Shown: piece after piece, positions 1-13,985 of the stretch | How positions within the stretch are numbered: position 1 is the first letter of the stretch | How the letters are laid out: each line of letters begins with the position of its first letter | NCBI GenBank assembly: GCA_015680685.1 | Contig: MNCI01002011.1 | Coordinates: forward strand, 756,470 to 820,469 | Origin: Gnetum montanum | Lineage: Eukaryota > Plantae > Gnetophyta | Direction of reading: 5' to 3' | DNA length: 64,000 bases | Program-made: the position numbers and the translations under genes | The notes under the pieces: generated by a model | Seen by the model: the letters and a program-made list of their open reading frames with translations, nothing else | What the model was told of the DNA's origin: nothing | The model's database searches: none

Positions 1-10
1 ATTATTAGTT

Positions 11-810
11 TTGCAATGCAAATATGATAAATTGAAAATGAGAAAAGGTGAGAACATAAAATATTATTTCTCTCAAGCTAGTGTTCTTGTCATAGTAATT
101 AGAGGAACTAGAAAGGATCTACCTGAAAGCAATGTCATCATCAAAATGATCAGAACTCTACAATTGGAGTTTAGATTGAAGGTCACATCCATGGAAAAAA
201 TCAAAGATTTCTTAACTTTGACATTTGAGGAACTTCATAGTGCTCTCATTACCTATGAAATGAATCTCATAAGCAAAGGAGCTATTCAAGAAAGATTGAT
301 TGCCTTGAAGACTACCTCAAAGTAGAAGGAGCTCAATGAGCATGATGAGGGTAATGAAGATGAGATTTCCTTTCTCATTAGGAATCTACAATGACTAATC
401 ACTAGAAGAAATAAAGGAACATATCAGCAAAGATTCAATCATCCAAAATGTAGGGGCAAGAATCTCTTAAATTCTAATATAGATTTCTCTTCTGTAGAAT
501 GTTGGATGTATGGTGGAAGAGATGACATGGCCTTTGAATAGCCTAGTAGCTTTAGGATCTAATTCAAGAATAAATCCACTAAATAAGTAAAGAAGACCAA
601 CTCCTATACAAGTTATGATGATGGGGAGCAGAGCAAAGAAGAAGTGAAGGAAGATGTGAAAAATTCTTAGCTCATCTGCATGGCCCTCACTGATGGTGAT
701 TCATCAGATGATGAACTAAATGATGATGAGAGGTTTTATTTATTGTGTAAAGAACTTTTAGATTTTCAAAATATTTACACTAAGTTAAATAAATAGGTTA
801 AGTCTAAAGA
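11..810 (+). pseudogene. gag: Copia gag remnant (UBN2/Retrotran_gag_2-like) with a decayed CCHC zinc knuckle
   Basis: ORF 11-325 contains LKMRKGENIKYYF...KMIRTLQLEFRLKVTSMEKIKDFLTLTFEELHSALITYEM. A knuckle-like CWMYGGRDDMAFE*P lies at ~500-545. Stops and frameshifts are present. Confidence 0.85.
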
Positions 811-2490
811 TCATGAGATATCCTTNCCTGGCCATATCATAAAACTACTTGGTTTTATCAAAGTGCACTGATAAAGGGTTTTGTACAATATCATACAGGA
901 GATTGAATGACCAAAACTATAAAAAATAAATGGATAATTAAATAATAGAACCAAGGGCATTAAGACACTTTCACTAATAGATGCATAAGAGGAAGTCATG
1001 CCTTGTACATTGGAGAAGTTAGGTTGGAAGGAGAATTATCAAAAGAGGAAACTCATTCTCTAGCTCTCTAAGCTCCATCCCCTTTCAATAGTATGAAAGG
1101 TAGGTCAAGGTAAGTTTCTATCTCTTTGCTTGCTAGTTAACAAGGATAGTGTATGAGAAGTCCAAAATTATCTGTATTTTCTAGATCAAAAATGATGGAA
1201 TAAGTATCTAGAGCATTTCTTACATTCATGATATTGATATAAGTGGTTTTGCAAAGATTTATAATAGCACTTTTAATAATTTCCCTTGGATCCTCATCTT
1301 ATAATAATTTTAGTTTGATTTCTTGTCTTGCATTCAGTCTTGCTTAATCTAAAATTCTTGTAATAATCTATTTTTATGCTCATAGTCTTTTGGATGTTTT
1401 TTCCATTTATAAGATAATAAAAACCTCTAAAAATTCTATTAATATTTCTAGTTGAAGACCTAAATCTTCATAATTGATCTTAATGTTGACCTACATTTAT
1501 AGTGTTTTTATGATATTTTCATGTCTATCTTAAATGCCTAAGATAAGCAACATGTGTGTAGGGGAAGTCTACTCCTCAATCATCTTGGAGGCCACCAATG
1601 TAGGGGGAGTCTTTGGAGACTTTGTCCAAGAACCATAATGAGCAAGAAAAGGACTTCAAGAGGTATTTTTTTCAAATGGAAGAACTTAAATGATTGTGTT
1701 TGTTGTATTTCCTTATACAAAAAGAAAAATATACATGTTTCTCTCCTAGCTCTAATATTCTATTGTTGATATCTTTTTGGGTGAATCTAGAAATACATGT
1801 TGCCATAAAAAGAAATTTTCTAATAGATAGACTTCTTGTCCCTCCATGATTTATCTTTGGTCTTTAGCATCAATTTGTGTTATTGGTCCTCATTGTTTTT
1901 GAATTGACAACCCACCTATTTAATATTCAATCATAAGTTGAAGCAAGAAGTACCTATTTTTTGTAAAGAAACTAGTTGATCTTATGAGCAAGACCATGAT
2001 TATTTTTTTTAAGTATCTATGGTTTTGATTGAATCATCCATTGAAAGTTTGCCTTGCGATGCAGAATTTGGTATTTGGCATGGCTGATTTCATGTTAGAA
2101 ATTGCTATGTTCTCCTTATTATATAGATATGCTCTCTTTTGCTACTCGTTACCAAGATGGAGAATATTTGACTATTAAAAGAACCATGTACTATTAATGA
2201 CTTATTGTTTTAGAGACATGTTACTTTCTCTTCAACGTTCACACTTCACTTCATGCTTCAAGGTTGAATATCACTAGGAGGATTTGGATTAGTTCTTGAT
2301 AAATTAGGGATAACTCTTCTTGGAACTTGGTGTTGAACAATTGATTTTCTTGCTTCACTATATATTTTTGGAATTATGTCATGATGCTTGATTTTGAATA
2401 TTATCTAAAACTTATTGATCTATGTTTTTTTTAACCATGTTTGTGTCCTTTATCCTTTTTTCTACTATTCAAAAAAGGGTAGAGTAGTAT

Positions 2491-3821
2491 TATTAGTATG
2501 GTTATATTTGTATGGTTAGCATGATTATATTTGTATGATTGCTAACCCATTTTCTTAAGTTTTGAACATCACCAAAAAGGTGAAGATTATGGACCTTTTG
2601 ATATGTTAAAACATTAAGTAAAATGGAGTCAAATTTTATTTGCATGGTTTTGTGATTATTATGTTTGTAGGGACTATGTACATGGAAAACCAAGATGAGC
2701 TAAGGCCTATATAAAAAACAAGAAACGAACTAATCTAGAGCTCAAAGAAGAAGGTTTTTCATAAGGTCTCAAATGAATATTCAAGAATTCCAAAGAACAT
2801 GGACAAGGATCAAATAATGTACAAGCAAAGTTATCATCATTAAAGCATGCTGAAGATCAAGGTTGTGGACAAGGAATGATGAATTTAGAGGAAAAAGAAA
2901 GTTGAAGAAATACGCCTTTGGGAAATAGAAGACAACTTGGCATAATTGGAGTGAACATAGGCAAAGACATCTTCAAGAAACAATAGACATCTTTCTTCAA
3001 GCAAAGACATCTTTCACTAGGCAAATACATCTTCATAGAATGAGGGAAAGTTCTAGAAAGACATCTCCTAGAATGGAGATTTCAGATAGACATCTTTCCC
3101 AAACAAAGATGTCTTTCTAGAATTGAAGGCAAATACAGAAAGACGTCTCAAGCATGAAGAAGATATCTTCCATGATCATTAGCAACCATTGCCTAGTTGT
3201 TGCATGAGTTCCAAGATGAATTTAGAAACATGGAAGCTATAAGTAGACATCATATGCATTGGAAAATGTGCAAGACATTATGTAATCATTTGTTTATCAT
3301 TATAATCTTTGTTGCTCTTCATTGTATCATCATTTATTCATTATAAAGTATGTTATACCTAAAGTACAAGGATCAACAAACTAAGTTGCATTCATACCTT
3401 GTAATTGTTCTCTCTTATTGCCTTGTAGGTTTGATGTGCTTCTTGGGGGAAGGCATCTAGCTTGAGCTTGTTGGGATCTTGCATGATTGAGTTGTTGGTG
3501 CTATAGTACAACACTCCAGGAGAAAATCTCAAGGTTGTAAAGGTTGTGGAAGCCTAAAAACCACATTTCAATCCTAATGGAACCTTGTGAGGTTGAGTTG
3601 CTGGTGTTGTGGCACAACACTCCAATGCAGAGCTTGAAGACTGTACAAGGTGTGGACCCTTCAACCACATTTTGACAGCAACAAAATCTAGAGGTGTGCT
3701 ACCCTCTGAGTGTGGACTACCCAAGTTGGAAAACTAAGTTAAATTTGGTGTGTGTGCTTTTGTGTTACAAAGTTTTAATTTGGGAACTTATTGATCCCCC
3801 CTCTAAGTTTAATGATCTACA
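2491..3821 (+). repeat. 3' LTR of the Copia element (~1.33 kb)
   Basis: Starts TATTAG (decayed TGTTAG) just after the PPT; palindromic motif array; TATA-like CTATAAGTA at ~3237; duplicated ~100-bp block (~3486-3570 vs ~3592-3672); ends CCCCCCTCTAAG...ACA. Confidence 0.7.
2961..3170. promoter_or_regulatory. Array of ~9 palindromic AAGACGTCTT-derived motifs in the Copia LTR U3
   Basis: Variants AAGACATCTT, AAGATGTCTT, AAGACGTCTC and AAGATATCTT are CpG-decay forms of one palindrome, upstream of the TATA. Confidence 0.75.
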
Positions 3822-5950
3822 ATTGCATGATATAGAAAATAAATATTAGAAGATTAAATTACTTCATGAGACATTCATCAAAGAGGCTAAAAGTTGGTAT
3901 TAGTTTTTGGAACAAAAATTCATAAAAAGGCAGAATGTGATGGTGAAGATACTTAATAACAAATATTAGATGTAATCCTAGGTGTTTAATATGAGACAAC
4001 AGATACAAGGGTGGTGAATCTCTTGATGCAACCTTAGACAAGTATTATTCTCTCTTACATAGGTATCCAAGACATTATTTTTCTTAAAGGAAGTAGTTAA
4101 GGCATTCATAGATGGACTTAGAAACAAAAAGAAAAAAAAGATTCTCTTGGGATTGATGCCCAAGGAAGATTATTAGGGATGATAATGTGTTAGATCCAAA
4201 AGCTCATTGATCCAGTAGTAAAAGAAGGAGGAGAACTTAAGAAGTTGAAAAATGTAGAGAAATATAACAAATATTCATTTCTACATAAAAATAAAATCCA
4301 ATGAAAAAGAGGTAGTAGCATCCTTAGAAGAAGTAGTCCTATGAAAATCCTTGCCTATTCAAAAATTTACTATGGAAATTTCAACCAATGTTGATAAAAT
4401 GTGGGGCTCCATAGATGGAAAATTTTAATAAGTAGTAAATATTGTGGAGGAAAAAATGGAGTAATCTAGAGCAAAAGAAAAATACAAAAGAAATAAGAAA
4501 GAAATATTTAGAGACTACAAACAACATAAATAGAAAGTAGCTATAGTTGGAGAGTTTGCAAACTCAGATTTGAATGATTATGGTTATGACATATGCTAAT
4601 ATGAATATTGAAGGGATTGTTGCCTAGTTATGTCAAATATCCAAGATTCTAGGGATTATGCCTTACATCCAAAATTTGTCAAAAGGTAAATGCTAATGAG
4701 GTCACCCTATCTACAAGAAATCTATCAATAGCCCTATCATAATCAATATTATTATCCTAGTAGGGCTCAACCATAATCTCAAGGATATTATTAGCAATCG
4801 TGGCAAAATCCATAGTCATGGGAGATACCACCACCTAGGTAGCAATATCCCTATAAGCAACTAGACCCATATGAATATTATGTTTAGTATCCTTTGTCTT
4901 CAAGTGGCTCAACTACTCAAGTTCCTACTCATCATTATCATCTTTTTATGTTTCACTAGCCCATTACTCCATATATCAAATCTCAATCATACATTCCTCA
5001 TCCTCTTCAATACTTCCATTTACATAATACAACTCCTTTGCCATCTATTTCATCACCAATGGAAGGTGAAATTCCTTCCTATCTACAATAGAGAAATGCT
5101 ACTCAAGCCATAAACATGTAGGTTGATGATAGTTTAAGCTATTTTGAGTGTAAGTCCAAGAAATTCATTTTCCATAAACCTATTAGTTAACTTAAAACTA
5201 TGTAAGAATTAGTGGTTGTAGATTCCACACCAACACTAATATCCTCATAAATCTCTGAAGAAGCATGTTCAAACCAAAGTGTTAATGTATTCATTATCAT
5301 ATTAGCACATGTTAACACTGATTAGACTAAAGTAAGTAATCTTCTTAGTGAAAGCTTGCACATCTTTATGTAGATAGTAATAAATGAATTATATAAGGTT
5401 CTATTGAAGTTAGGTTCTAGGATAAACATAATCTCTCAAAAATTTATAAAGCTTGGAACTTACTACCACTTAAAAAGTGCAATGTCTAGTTAAATCTTTT
5501 AGATTAGTCCTCCACTATTTCCTTGGGATAGTTGGAGGACACTATTATCACAATTGGTGAGTTGTCTTATCTAGGAGATTATGTTCTAATAACTGTAGAA
5601 AACAAGGAGGATTTTCCCATTATCATGAGAAGAGCATGACTTAGCATCATTTATGCTAAGATGGGAATTTGAGGCCTTTCCTTGGTGATCACTAAGGGAA
5701 TAAAACATCATAGAATGAAGTAATAAAAAAACTTTTATTCATTACTTAAAAATATGCAAGGTGTAGTTATGAGAAAAAAGTTGAAACTTTCAATGCAAGC
5801 ATAATACCAGTCCACAATGAACTTAAAAAAAGCTATGGGTTCAAAAACTTGTAGATGTAAAAGTCACTAAACAGAAATAAACCTAGTGACTAGGAAGTAT
5901 TACATTGTCTAAAACGTGCATGAAAACATTTGAAAAACTTATCAATTCTT
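3822..5950 (+). pseudogene. gag: Decayed gag and aspartic protease region of A
   Basis: KIKLLHETFIKEAKSWY at ~3848; ~5395-5660 aligns with F protease (ALLDSGSGVNLISQ...DFPIIMGRTWL); many TAA/TAG stops. Confidence 0.75.
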
Positions 5951-8449
5951 ACAATAAGAAAATAAACCACCTAGAAAACTTACAAAAAAGGTAACTCTTA
6001 CCTAGAACATACACTCAAATAAAGAGATGAACAAGGAGATAAAAAATCCAAACTCAACTATCGAAATAAAAACATATCTATGCCCTCTCAAAGAGAAATA
6101 ATTTTAGTGGAATGAGATATATGGATCCAACTAATCAAAACCTAATTATCATCAAAATCAAATAGCATAATAAACATAAGTATAAATTACTAAAGATAAC
6201 TAGAAATCCTATAATGTATGATCCTTGAAATGTGTAGTCCATTTTCTGAACACTTTTTCATAATTTTAATTTTGGGGAAGGTATCCCAACTTAATTCAAG
6301 ATTTGATAAGTATAATTTTTACTTTTTATTTTATACTTTTTTCTAAGTTCTCTATATATTTTTTTTTTAATTTCTTGATATTTTTTTATTTCTCAATGTG
6401 TTTTCTATTTCTAAGATTTTAGTTTCTTGGAGTCATTTCTCTTTGTGTTTGATGCTAATTTCAATATTTTTGTTAATAAATTTGTCACATGTATAAAAGC
6501 TAATTTAATTATTGGAATTATGTTCTATACTTTCAAATGTTAAAGGAATAATTATATAAAGAAATGAGACTACATCATTCATCCCTCCATTTCCATTAAT
6601 AAGAGGTTCTTATCATGAAATTAACATTATCCTTATCACATTTTGAACTTAAAGTAACCATAATTATTAAACCTTAAAGAATGGAGGAAGAACTAAGAGG
6701 GTTGAATAAATGTATGATATTAAGGGAACTTGATAATTTCTTAAACTTCCACATTAGGTCCTACTGATTTCATGTTGACACATTACTAATGTTTTCTTTG
6801 TTGATTGTGAAATATTATTTGAGAAAAAAAACTTTTGTTCCCTTATTATGTCAATAGAAATAAAAGTGACTCACTTATAAAGGTAGTTCTATGGTAAGGT
6901 TAACAATCTTAATAATTAACTAAATCATAAATAAACCATTCTTTAGGTACCAACAGAAAGACATGTGACGCATATCTGAAGGTAAGCTACTTCCAAGAAT
7001 TTCATGGTCCCTTGAACTAGTCCTACTACATGACTATAAAGACATATGACCCATGCTTGATGATAATTCTTTGTTTAGATTAGCATTAATTATGAGACTA
7101 AAAAGGCATATGACCAATGCTTGATGGTGATTCTCTAACTAATGTCCAAGGACCATCACCTAACTAATGTCCAAGGACCATAAACTAATGTTTTTCTTAT
7201 TTAATGATTCTATTCTCAACATGGTTTTTAGTTGGTCTTATGATGGTGGGATCAAGATTATGTAATGCACTATCACCATAAGAGGTATGAACTTGGCTTG
7301 GAATCCTATCAAATAGGTATGATCAATTATTACTCATTACACTCTACACAAAAGAATTCATTACAAACATGGTGAGGTACCTCATGTCCAAATATTTGTA
7401 ATTCCTTATAACTTCACTTTACCTCACTATTATGTATGGTTATGAACTTGATGGTTTTGTTTAGTATAGTGAAGGAATATAGTAAAGATAGTTGTGTGTG
7501 TTAGATCAAAAATTCAATTAACATTCAATTTTCTAGGTACCCATGGATACCTTGTAAAATGATTATACATGGATAGTAGAGGTAGGAACTTGCTATGAGA
7601 AGGATCCACTTGCATAACTCTTAGTGATATAGCCCATGAACTGATTCCATATTACCAAAATATAAAACACTACTATTGTTATCCTTATGCATCCTTACTT
7701 AACCATTTCTCCTAAATTTTGTTTAAATTTTGTGTTAAATCATCAAAAATCATAATTCCTTACTAGATTATAAGCTTCTAGACATATGAAATCACCATTT
7801 CAAATCCTTGTTAAGACTTCTTAACTTTAATAATTAGATCTTTAGTCTCCTCAATGACTCATAAACTTTCAAATGATTCAATTTTAGCTTTAGAATACTC
7901 AAAAATCTAGTTGAAAATTTCATAGTTTAGCTATGTCAATGTAATGAGCTATGTCAATGTAGCTCCATTGATGCATCAATGTTAGTGCATGATAAGAAAA
8001 TGCTATACATACATGCCTTCCATAGCTTAATTTTTAATTTTTTACCATTTGGGCTAAGGAATTCTTTGCTATTTTTTAGAGCCTAGACATTATAGAAGTA
8101 ATATCTTATAATCAGGGCTTCTAGTTTCACTCATTTAACAACTTGTTAGCTTTGAGATTTGATCTCTATGCTGTGGAAATAGTTAACTTATAATTTGGAA
8201 ACTTTTGAAAACCCAAAATTTTGAATAGCTAAGGTAATTAAGACTAAATGTTATTAAAATTAAGTATAAAATAAGATAATTTAGCTATCTTATGACCTTC
8301 AAAACATTAAAACATAAATACTAAAAGCTTAAACGTTTTTTTTGAAATCAAGTTAACACTAAAATTGATAAAGAATAAATTGTTATAAAATATTTTAGAA
8401 AATAATGATTGATCATTGGTGTGATTGTGGATGGTTCCTAAATGAGTTT

Positions 8450-11100
8450 TGAAGATAGGTGATCCATCATAACATAGGAAAAAGAGACTGAGAAGTATGT
8501 GAAAATGTGCATGTAAGCAAGTATAAAAGTAAGAAACCATGCATGAAATAGAACCTACAAAGGAAGAAACAGAGGTCAAATTTGTCAAATAGATTTCCAC
8601 TACACACATAGGGTAATCCATACATGATGAGGCACCCTAGTCAAGGCCAATTTTAGAGGTGATCCTTATAAAAGAATTCCTAGAAAAGATCGAAATGAAG
8701 AATATTCAAAGATTATTCTTTCAATAGCCTAGCTTTAAACTATTCTTAAAGTTTACATGCTAAGATGTTCATGAGTAACTTCAATCATCTCTCCTATGGC
8801 CCATGATTTAAATCAATGAGGAGTGGTAGATGCTCAAGACATATCTTTTCTGGAACAATTACTAGAGAGATATGATAATCAAAATCAAAGATACCATAAT
8901 ATCTTATGTTGTTGATGTAATTGCATAGGGCCATAGACTTCCAAATGTGGGAGCATAGATTGCTGAAGTGTCTAATATGTTTGATGCTAAAATAAATAAG
9001 GAATTGATATAAAGATACTATGAAGTAGATATGCAAAAGTTTAATGAGTTGATCTAAGCCAATTCTTCAAGATCACTTTGTATCACCTCAATCCCATGGA
9101 ATGATCAAGTAAATTCATATCTATTTCAGCAAGGTCATATACAATAATCAATGGGAGGTTTCTAGCCAATTTTCCATAACTGATCTTTCTTGAAATTAAA
9201 AAGAATTTTAAAAAATATAAGAAAGGTAGGGAGACTCTTCCCTTATCATGTCTTATTAGAAAAATTTACAAAAGTAAATGAATAGCTTGTTATTCAAATG
9301 ATATTCTTTGAAGAGAAATAACAACATCATGGTAATAAATGATAAAGGATAAGTCATAACTCAAGCTTTAGGAGGAAGTACCACATTCACCGCCAAATAC
9401 CAGAATAGTAGTAAAATCTTAGGTGTTTGATTAAAAATATGTATACTTGAATCATCTTATCAAGTATCTATTGGAAGGATTGGATATTATCATTCTATGA
9501 TGAGCCAGTTATAAGACGTTTCTCAAATAGTAAGTTGGGATTAGGATGATTTCTTCAATTTTTTCAAAGGTTAGAGAGGATAGAAACAATCCAAATGAAC
9601 CTTACAAAATGATGTATAGTATTTATGTTATCCATTGAGACCTATCTAGAGATATTTGACAATGCTGCATCTTTCTTCATCCCATTGGAATACGAGGATG
9701 AAGCAACTATGGTAGTCATGCCATATCAAGGGCAAGAAACTATTACAAAGGTGATGGTTGTCCATGTAGAAAAAGTACTAAAAATTTTGATATTACTACT
9801 ACTAGACTTTGTTACAAGGACGAGTTTGAGGAGTGTAAGAATGATGAGTGTAGTCCAACATGAGGAGGTATTGGACAAACTAGTAGAAACTATACCAACA
9901 ATCCCAAATATCTTTGACATTCTTGAATATATTATGGCTATCTAGTTTGAGCTCATCAAAGTAAAGAAAAAATTAGTTGCTACTAAAACCCAACTATTGT
10001 AAGTAGAGTCATTGAAGCAACAATGTAGAGATGAAGTATTATAACTTTGTGTCCTACTGGCCAACACAAGCATCCACTAACTTAGCCTCACAATGGATAA
10101 TACATACAATCAGCTAAATAACAAGTAGTAGGAGATGAGGATGAAAGAAAGGTTTCACTTGGAATGCTTCCTTGTTGGATGTATTAGTCAATGTGTTGAA
10201 CAAAAGCATCACCAAGTTGAAGATGGATAATCAAGGTTTGACCACCAAAAATAGTAGGTTATGGAATATTAAGTAAGAGAAGATTTATACAATATATTAT
10301 CTTAAGAACCTTCAAGTAGTTAGGTAAGGTTAATGAGAATGTAACAGATTGGAAGCTAAACATAGAAACTTATTAATCAAGTATGGGTAGTCTAGCAAAA
10401 GTCACTAAACAAGATTACCACATGGAAAAATGAGGACGTTAAGTAAGAAAGGAGATATTATTCGATAAGATCAAACTTAATGCTTCCCTGCATTATATTT
10501 CAAGTGATACATTAAAACCAATCTTTTATGATCTCAAAACCTACAATTAGGCTAAGATCAAGGTGAAGGATCTAGAAATTAAAGAGATAACATAGTACAT
10601 GGAGCTAGCCAATTTGTGTTATGCAACATTCATAATGCTAACTTTTGGTAGACTTAGAACTAAGTTGAAGAAACAAGTGACCACCTCATAATTATTGTAT
10701 GTAAATGAACATAGGCTTCACCACGAGGTACTTTAGAGGCTACAAATTGTAAACAAAAATCTTAAGATTCTCCAAGAAAGATTTAGTAATCAATAAGACA
10801 TTTTAGAGAACCTACCCAAAAGAATGTCTAAATACCAGGAGCTTCATAAAATGGTAAAAGCATTCAATATCAAATATATCCATTTTATACCCTAGTTTGT
10901 TAACAATCACAAGATGTCTCTAACTCTTTCTTATTCTTGAGAAGTCCTTATAATAGTAAATCTAGGTGAGATTTCAAGATAATCAATGATCCTTGGACAA
11001 AAATCTAAAGATGAAAATCTTAATAGAGGCATTCTAGATAAAGAGCGTAGAAACACCTATAGTATATTAGCTATAGAAACTATGAAGGCATGATGAGGCA
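8450..11100 (+). pseudogene. Decayed extra 3' ORF (env-like position, coiled-coil rich) of A
   Basis: ORF 9625-9945 and ~10555-10640 (KVKDLEIKEIT*YMELANLCYATFIM) align with B's extra ORF. Boundaries approximate. Confidence 0.65.
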
Positions 11101-11360
11101 TAACCACCAAACATTATTTGAGGCATATATCGTGGATAATTTTCTCATCCTACTAGTTTCCATATGGATAATGTATCCAAATGTTATTATTTTATTAATG
11201 TTGTTAATCACTTGAATGACTTTTATAATGCAACATTCAAGTATTGGTTAATTTATGACAAAATAGTTAGTCAATTGAGTGTAATTTCATATTTTGTTAA
11301 TTAAACTTCATTCAAATTTTTTTCAACTTAAGGATGAGTTTTTACCTAGTTATGGGGGTA

Positions 11361-12218
11361 TAATGGATAGTAAATGATGCATTGATGTAACTTTAGTGTC
11401 AACACAAAATGTGCTATGTTAGTGCATTAACATTAACACAATGATCTATTTCACTAAGATAAATGCATCACCTAGTATATTTATGATACCATTTGGGTCA
11501 TAATTGTAGCGAAGCTATTATAGTTTAATTTCTTATAGTTAGAATAGTTAGTAAGTGCTTGAAATGTGAATTTAAAATAACTAATAGAATCTTATTTGAG
11601 TGATCATGTTTCTCAATACATTTTTATAAACGATAATAAGATCAAGATTAATTTACCTTCATTAGAACACTTTAACTTAGCTTAATACTTTGTTAATTAT
11701 AATTTAATTTTTTATTCATTTATTTTATGCACAATTAGTTAACCAATTATGATTATAGGTTTAATAGTATCACAAAATAAGTATTATTGATTTTGATCAT
11801 AACACATATCCTCAGGTAATCTTAGTAGTGCTCTTAGTTGATTTGTCCAATACTAATCACTTGGTAAACCAGTGATAATCACATGGATCTTGGATACTTA
11901 TGGAAACCTAGGAATGAATGATGATCACTTAGGATAGCTTAGAATATAATTCTTGCACTTAGATTATATTAGATTAACTTTAAATAATTTAATAATATTT
12001 TAATATGGCCCCATAAAATCATCCATGATATGCCTTAGTTGCACCTAACCATATAAATTAAGGATTATCACAACTGTAACTAGAAAGAAAATGACTCATG
12101 ATCATGATTAACTATGTAGATACCACATTAGTTCAGTCCAAAGATTATGATCAAGTCACTTGTGTATACTTATGATTTGTATGATTGGATGTTAGGCATA
12201 CTTTAGCACTTCTCAACA
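11361..12218 (+). repeat. 3' LTR of A
   Basis: Follows PPT ATGGGGGTA (11352-11360); starts TAATGG (decayed TGATG); the last ~70 bp resemble the U5 end of C's LTR; ends CTCAACA. Confidence 0.7.
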
Positions 12219-12303
12219 AGAAGACAAAACATTGTAAAAGTATTTATTTTATTAAAATTCATGATTAAGAAATCAAAATTTCTATTATGTAATTAATGAG
12301 ACA

Positions 12304-12362
12304 TTGCTTAATTGGTTAGACTATGTAGCTTGTTATTTGTAAGTCATAGGTTCAATTCTAAT
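12304..12362 (+). pseudogene. Decayed tRNA-like/SINE head with Pol III A and B boxes
   Basis: TTGCTTAATTGGTTAGA (A-box-like), then GTCATAGGTTCAATTC (B-box-like) at tRNA-like spacing; no intact cloverleaf. Confidence 0.45.
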
Positions 12363-12769
12363 AACTATGTTAATCATACATATAGTTATCTAGTTCTTTT
12401 TCTGACATCTCCCATATCAAAATTTATATTATTAAAATTTAAAATTCTTATATATATATATATATTGTTAAATGACATGTTGCATAGCCACAAGAACATA
12501 AGATAATTCTTATTTGATATCCTTAGTTATTTAGTTAAGCCTACTTCCATGAGCATAGCAAGGTTCTAAAGGCCTAATCTATGATTATGTAAAGCTTATG
12601 CCTTATTTTACAATTTAAAGTTTTCCTATCAACTTATAAATAAATTATTTCTCTTGCTATCATCAGTAAACTATCAATTGCTATTATGTCTATTATTATT
12701 TTTAACTATTACTACCATTATAACACGTTGCTAAGCAAGATTAGGAATGGAAGATATTACTTATATAAA

Positions 12770-12940
12770 AGGATCATCACCCAGAGCCACAATGTTCATC
12801 CAACCAAATGAGGTCTTAGGAAAATTGGTAGATGAGTGAAAGCCTAACCTTTTTTAGTGGTTGTGCCCAAGCTCAAACTTAGATCTTTGACTTAAGAAAT
12901 GATTATCATACCATCACACCAAATGACAGTTCCTAGAGGA
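12770..12940 (-). mobile_element. tRNA-derived SINE, Au-SINE-like, 171 bp
   Basis: 14-bp TSD ATTACTTATATAAA (12756-12769 and 12941-12954). On the minus strand: A box TGGTGTGATGG, decayed B box AAGTTTGAGC ~30 nt downstream, AAGGTTAGGCT and ...CTGGGT...CCT 3' body running into a T tract. Confidence 0.75.
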
Positions 12941-13844
12941 ATTACTTATATAAAGAACTTAAATTGTGGAAAAAATTAAAAAGTTTCTAATAAAATTAAA
13001 TGAATACTAAGAAAATCGAATAGATAAAGAAGTATACATGCATAGTTAAGTAGACGCATAGGAGTAAGAAAATATATAGCAAACTATAAATATGTTATAA
13101 AATAGTAACAATAGCTCATTGTGTACCAAACTTAACCTATTTACTATTAAAAGTAAATGAAACCTATTATCCAAGTTAGAAATTCGCAATAACATATATA
13201 TGAAAATAACTTTTGAAATTACTTGCTCATGATTACATGAGAACATAATACAAAGTACATGATCTAAAATATATATTAAATATAAAAATAAAAGTATGTT
13301 TGCATTTGAAAAGACATTACAATCTAATGTTGAATAACTACCAAATTGATAAATGAATAATAAACCATAAAATATAACTAAAGTCTAAATGAGCATTGGC
13401 CTATACTTAGGATAGATAGAAATATAACATAAATTTTAAATGTACAATGCTAGATGAACATTAAAATCAAATTGAAACTAGAATTATAAAATCAACTAAA
13501 ATCTCTAAAACATGAAAATTAATATATCAACTACCTCCTCTAATTCCTCTTCATCATAATTAATATAATAATATAAAAAACTAGAGAAAATCAAGAGAAC
13601 CATTTCTAAGTTTGAGTAGGATAAACCAACTAGCAAAAATACTCCATTATGAGTTTGGTTGAAGACATTAGATAGCTAGATAGTCATGCACATAGGTAGC
13701 TATAATCAATGTTAGCCAAACCAAAATAAATACCAAAATGAAAAAATCATAATGCTAATGAGTCAACCAACAATTAGTTATAAAATAAAAAAATTCATCA
13801 CCATTTGTAATCCAACCAAGAAATAGATTAATTTACCAATGTGA

Positions 13845-13985
13845 ATAAGTCTAAAACTGACAATTTTTTTTTTCATATAATTGATGAGTCTAAAATTCAC
13901 ATATAATTAATAAGTGAGTTTGAAACCCACAATGTGGAAATCCATATATAATAATTGGTAAGTCCAAAACCACATATAATCAAAT
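13845..13985. repeat. Degenerate ~35-45 bp tandem repeat (AGTCTAAAA..CACATATAATT)
   Basis: About four imperfect copies visible in the AT-rich spacer. Confidence 0.45.

Larger units (their letters stand above)
1..3821 (+). mobile_element. Ty1/Copia (Sirevirus-like) LTR retrotransposon, 3' portion; 5' end outside the window
   Basis: Copia-type gag at the window start; PPT-like CAAAAAAGGGTAGAG at 2470-2484; LTR ending ATTGATCCCCCCTCTAAG...TACA at 3821. Gypsy gag sequence resumes immediately afterwards. Confidence 0.8.
3822..12218 (+). mobile_element. Athila-like Ty3/Gypsy element A (old; gag + protease + extra ORF, lacks RT/RH/IN); 5' part outside the window
   Basis: gag and protease remnants homologous to C and F; shared 3' UTR block (6563 vs 40051 vs reverse 52070); Athila-type pre-PPT CTTAAGGATGAG...GGGGGTA; 3' LTR. 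Confidence 0.8.

Noticed and set aside
811-2470. Copia element appears gag-only (no pol before the PPT)
   Set aside because: A single N at 826 falls right where gag ends and may be a collapsed gap hiding pol.
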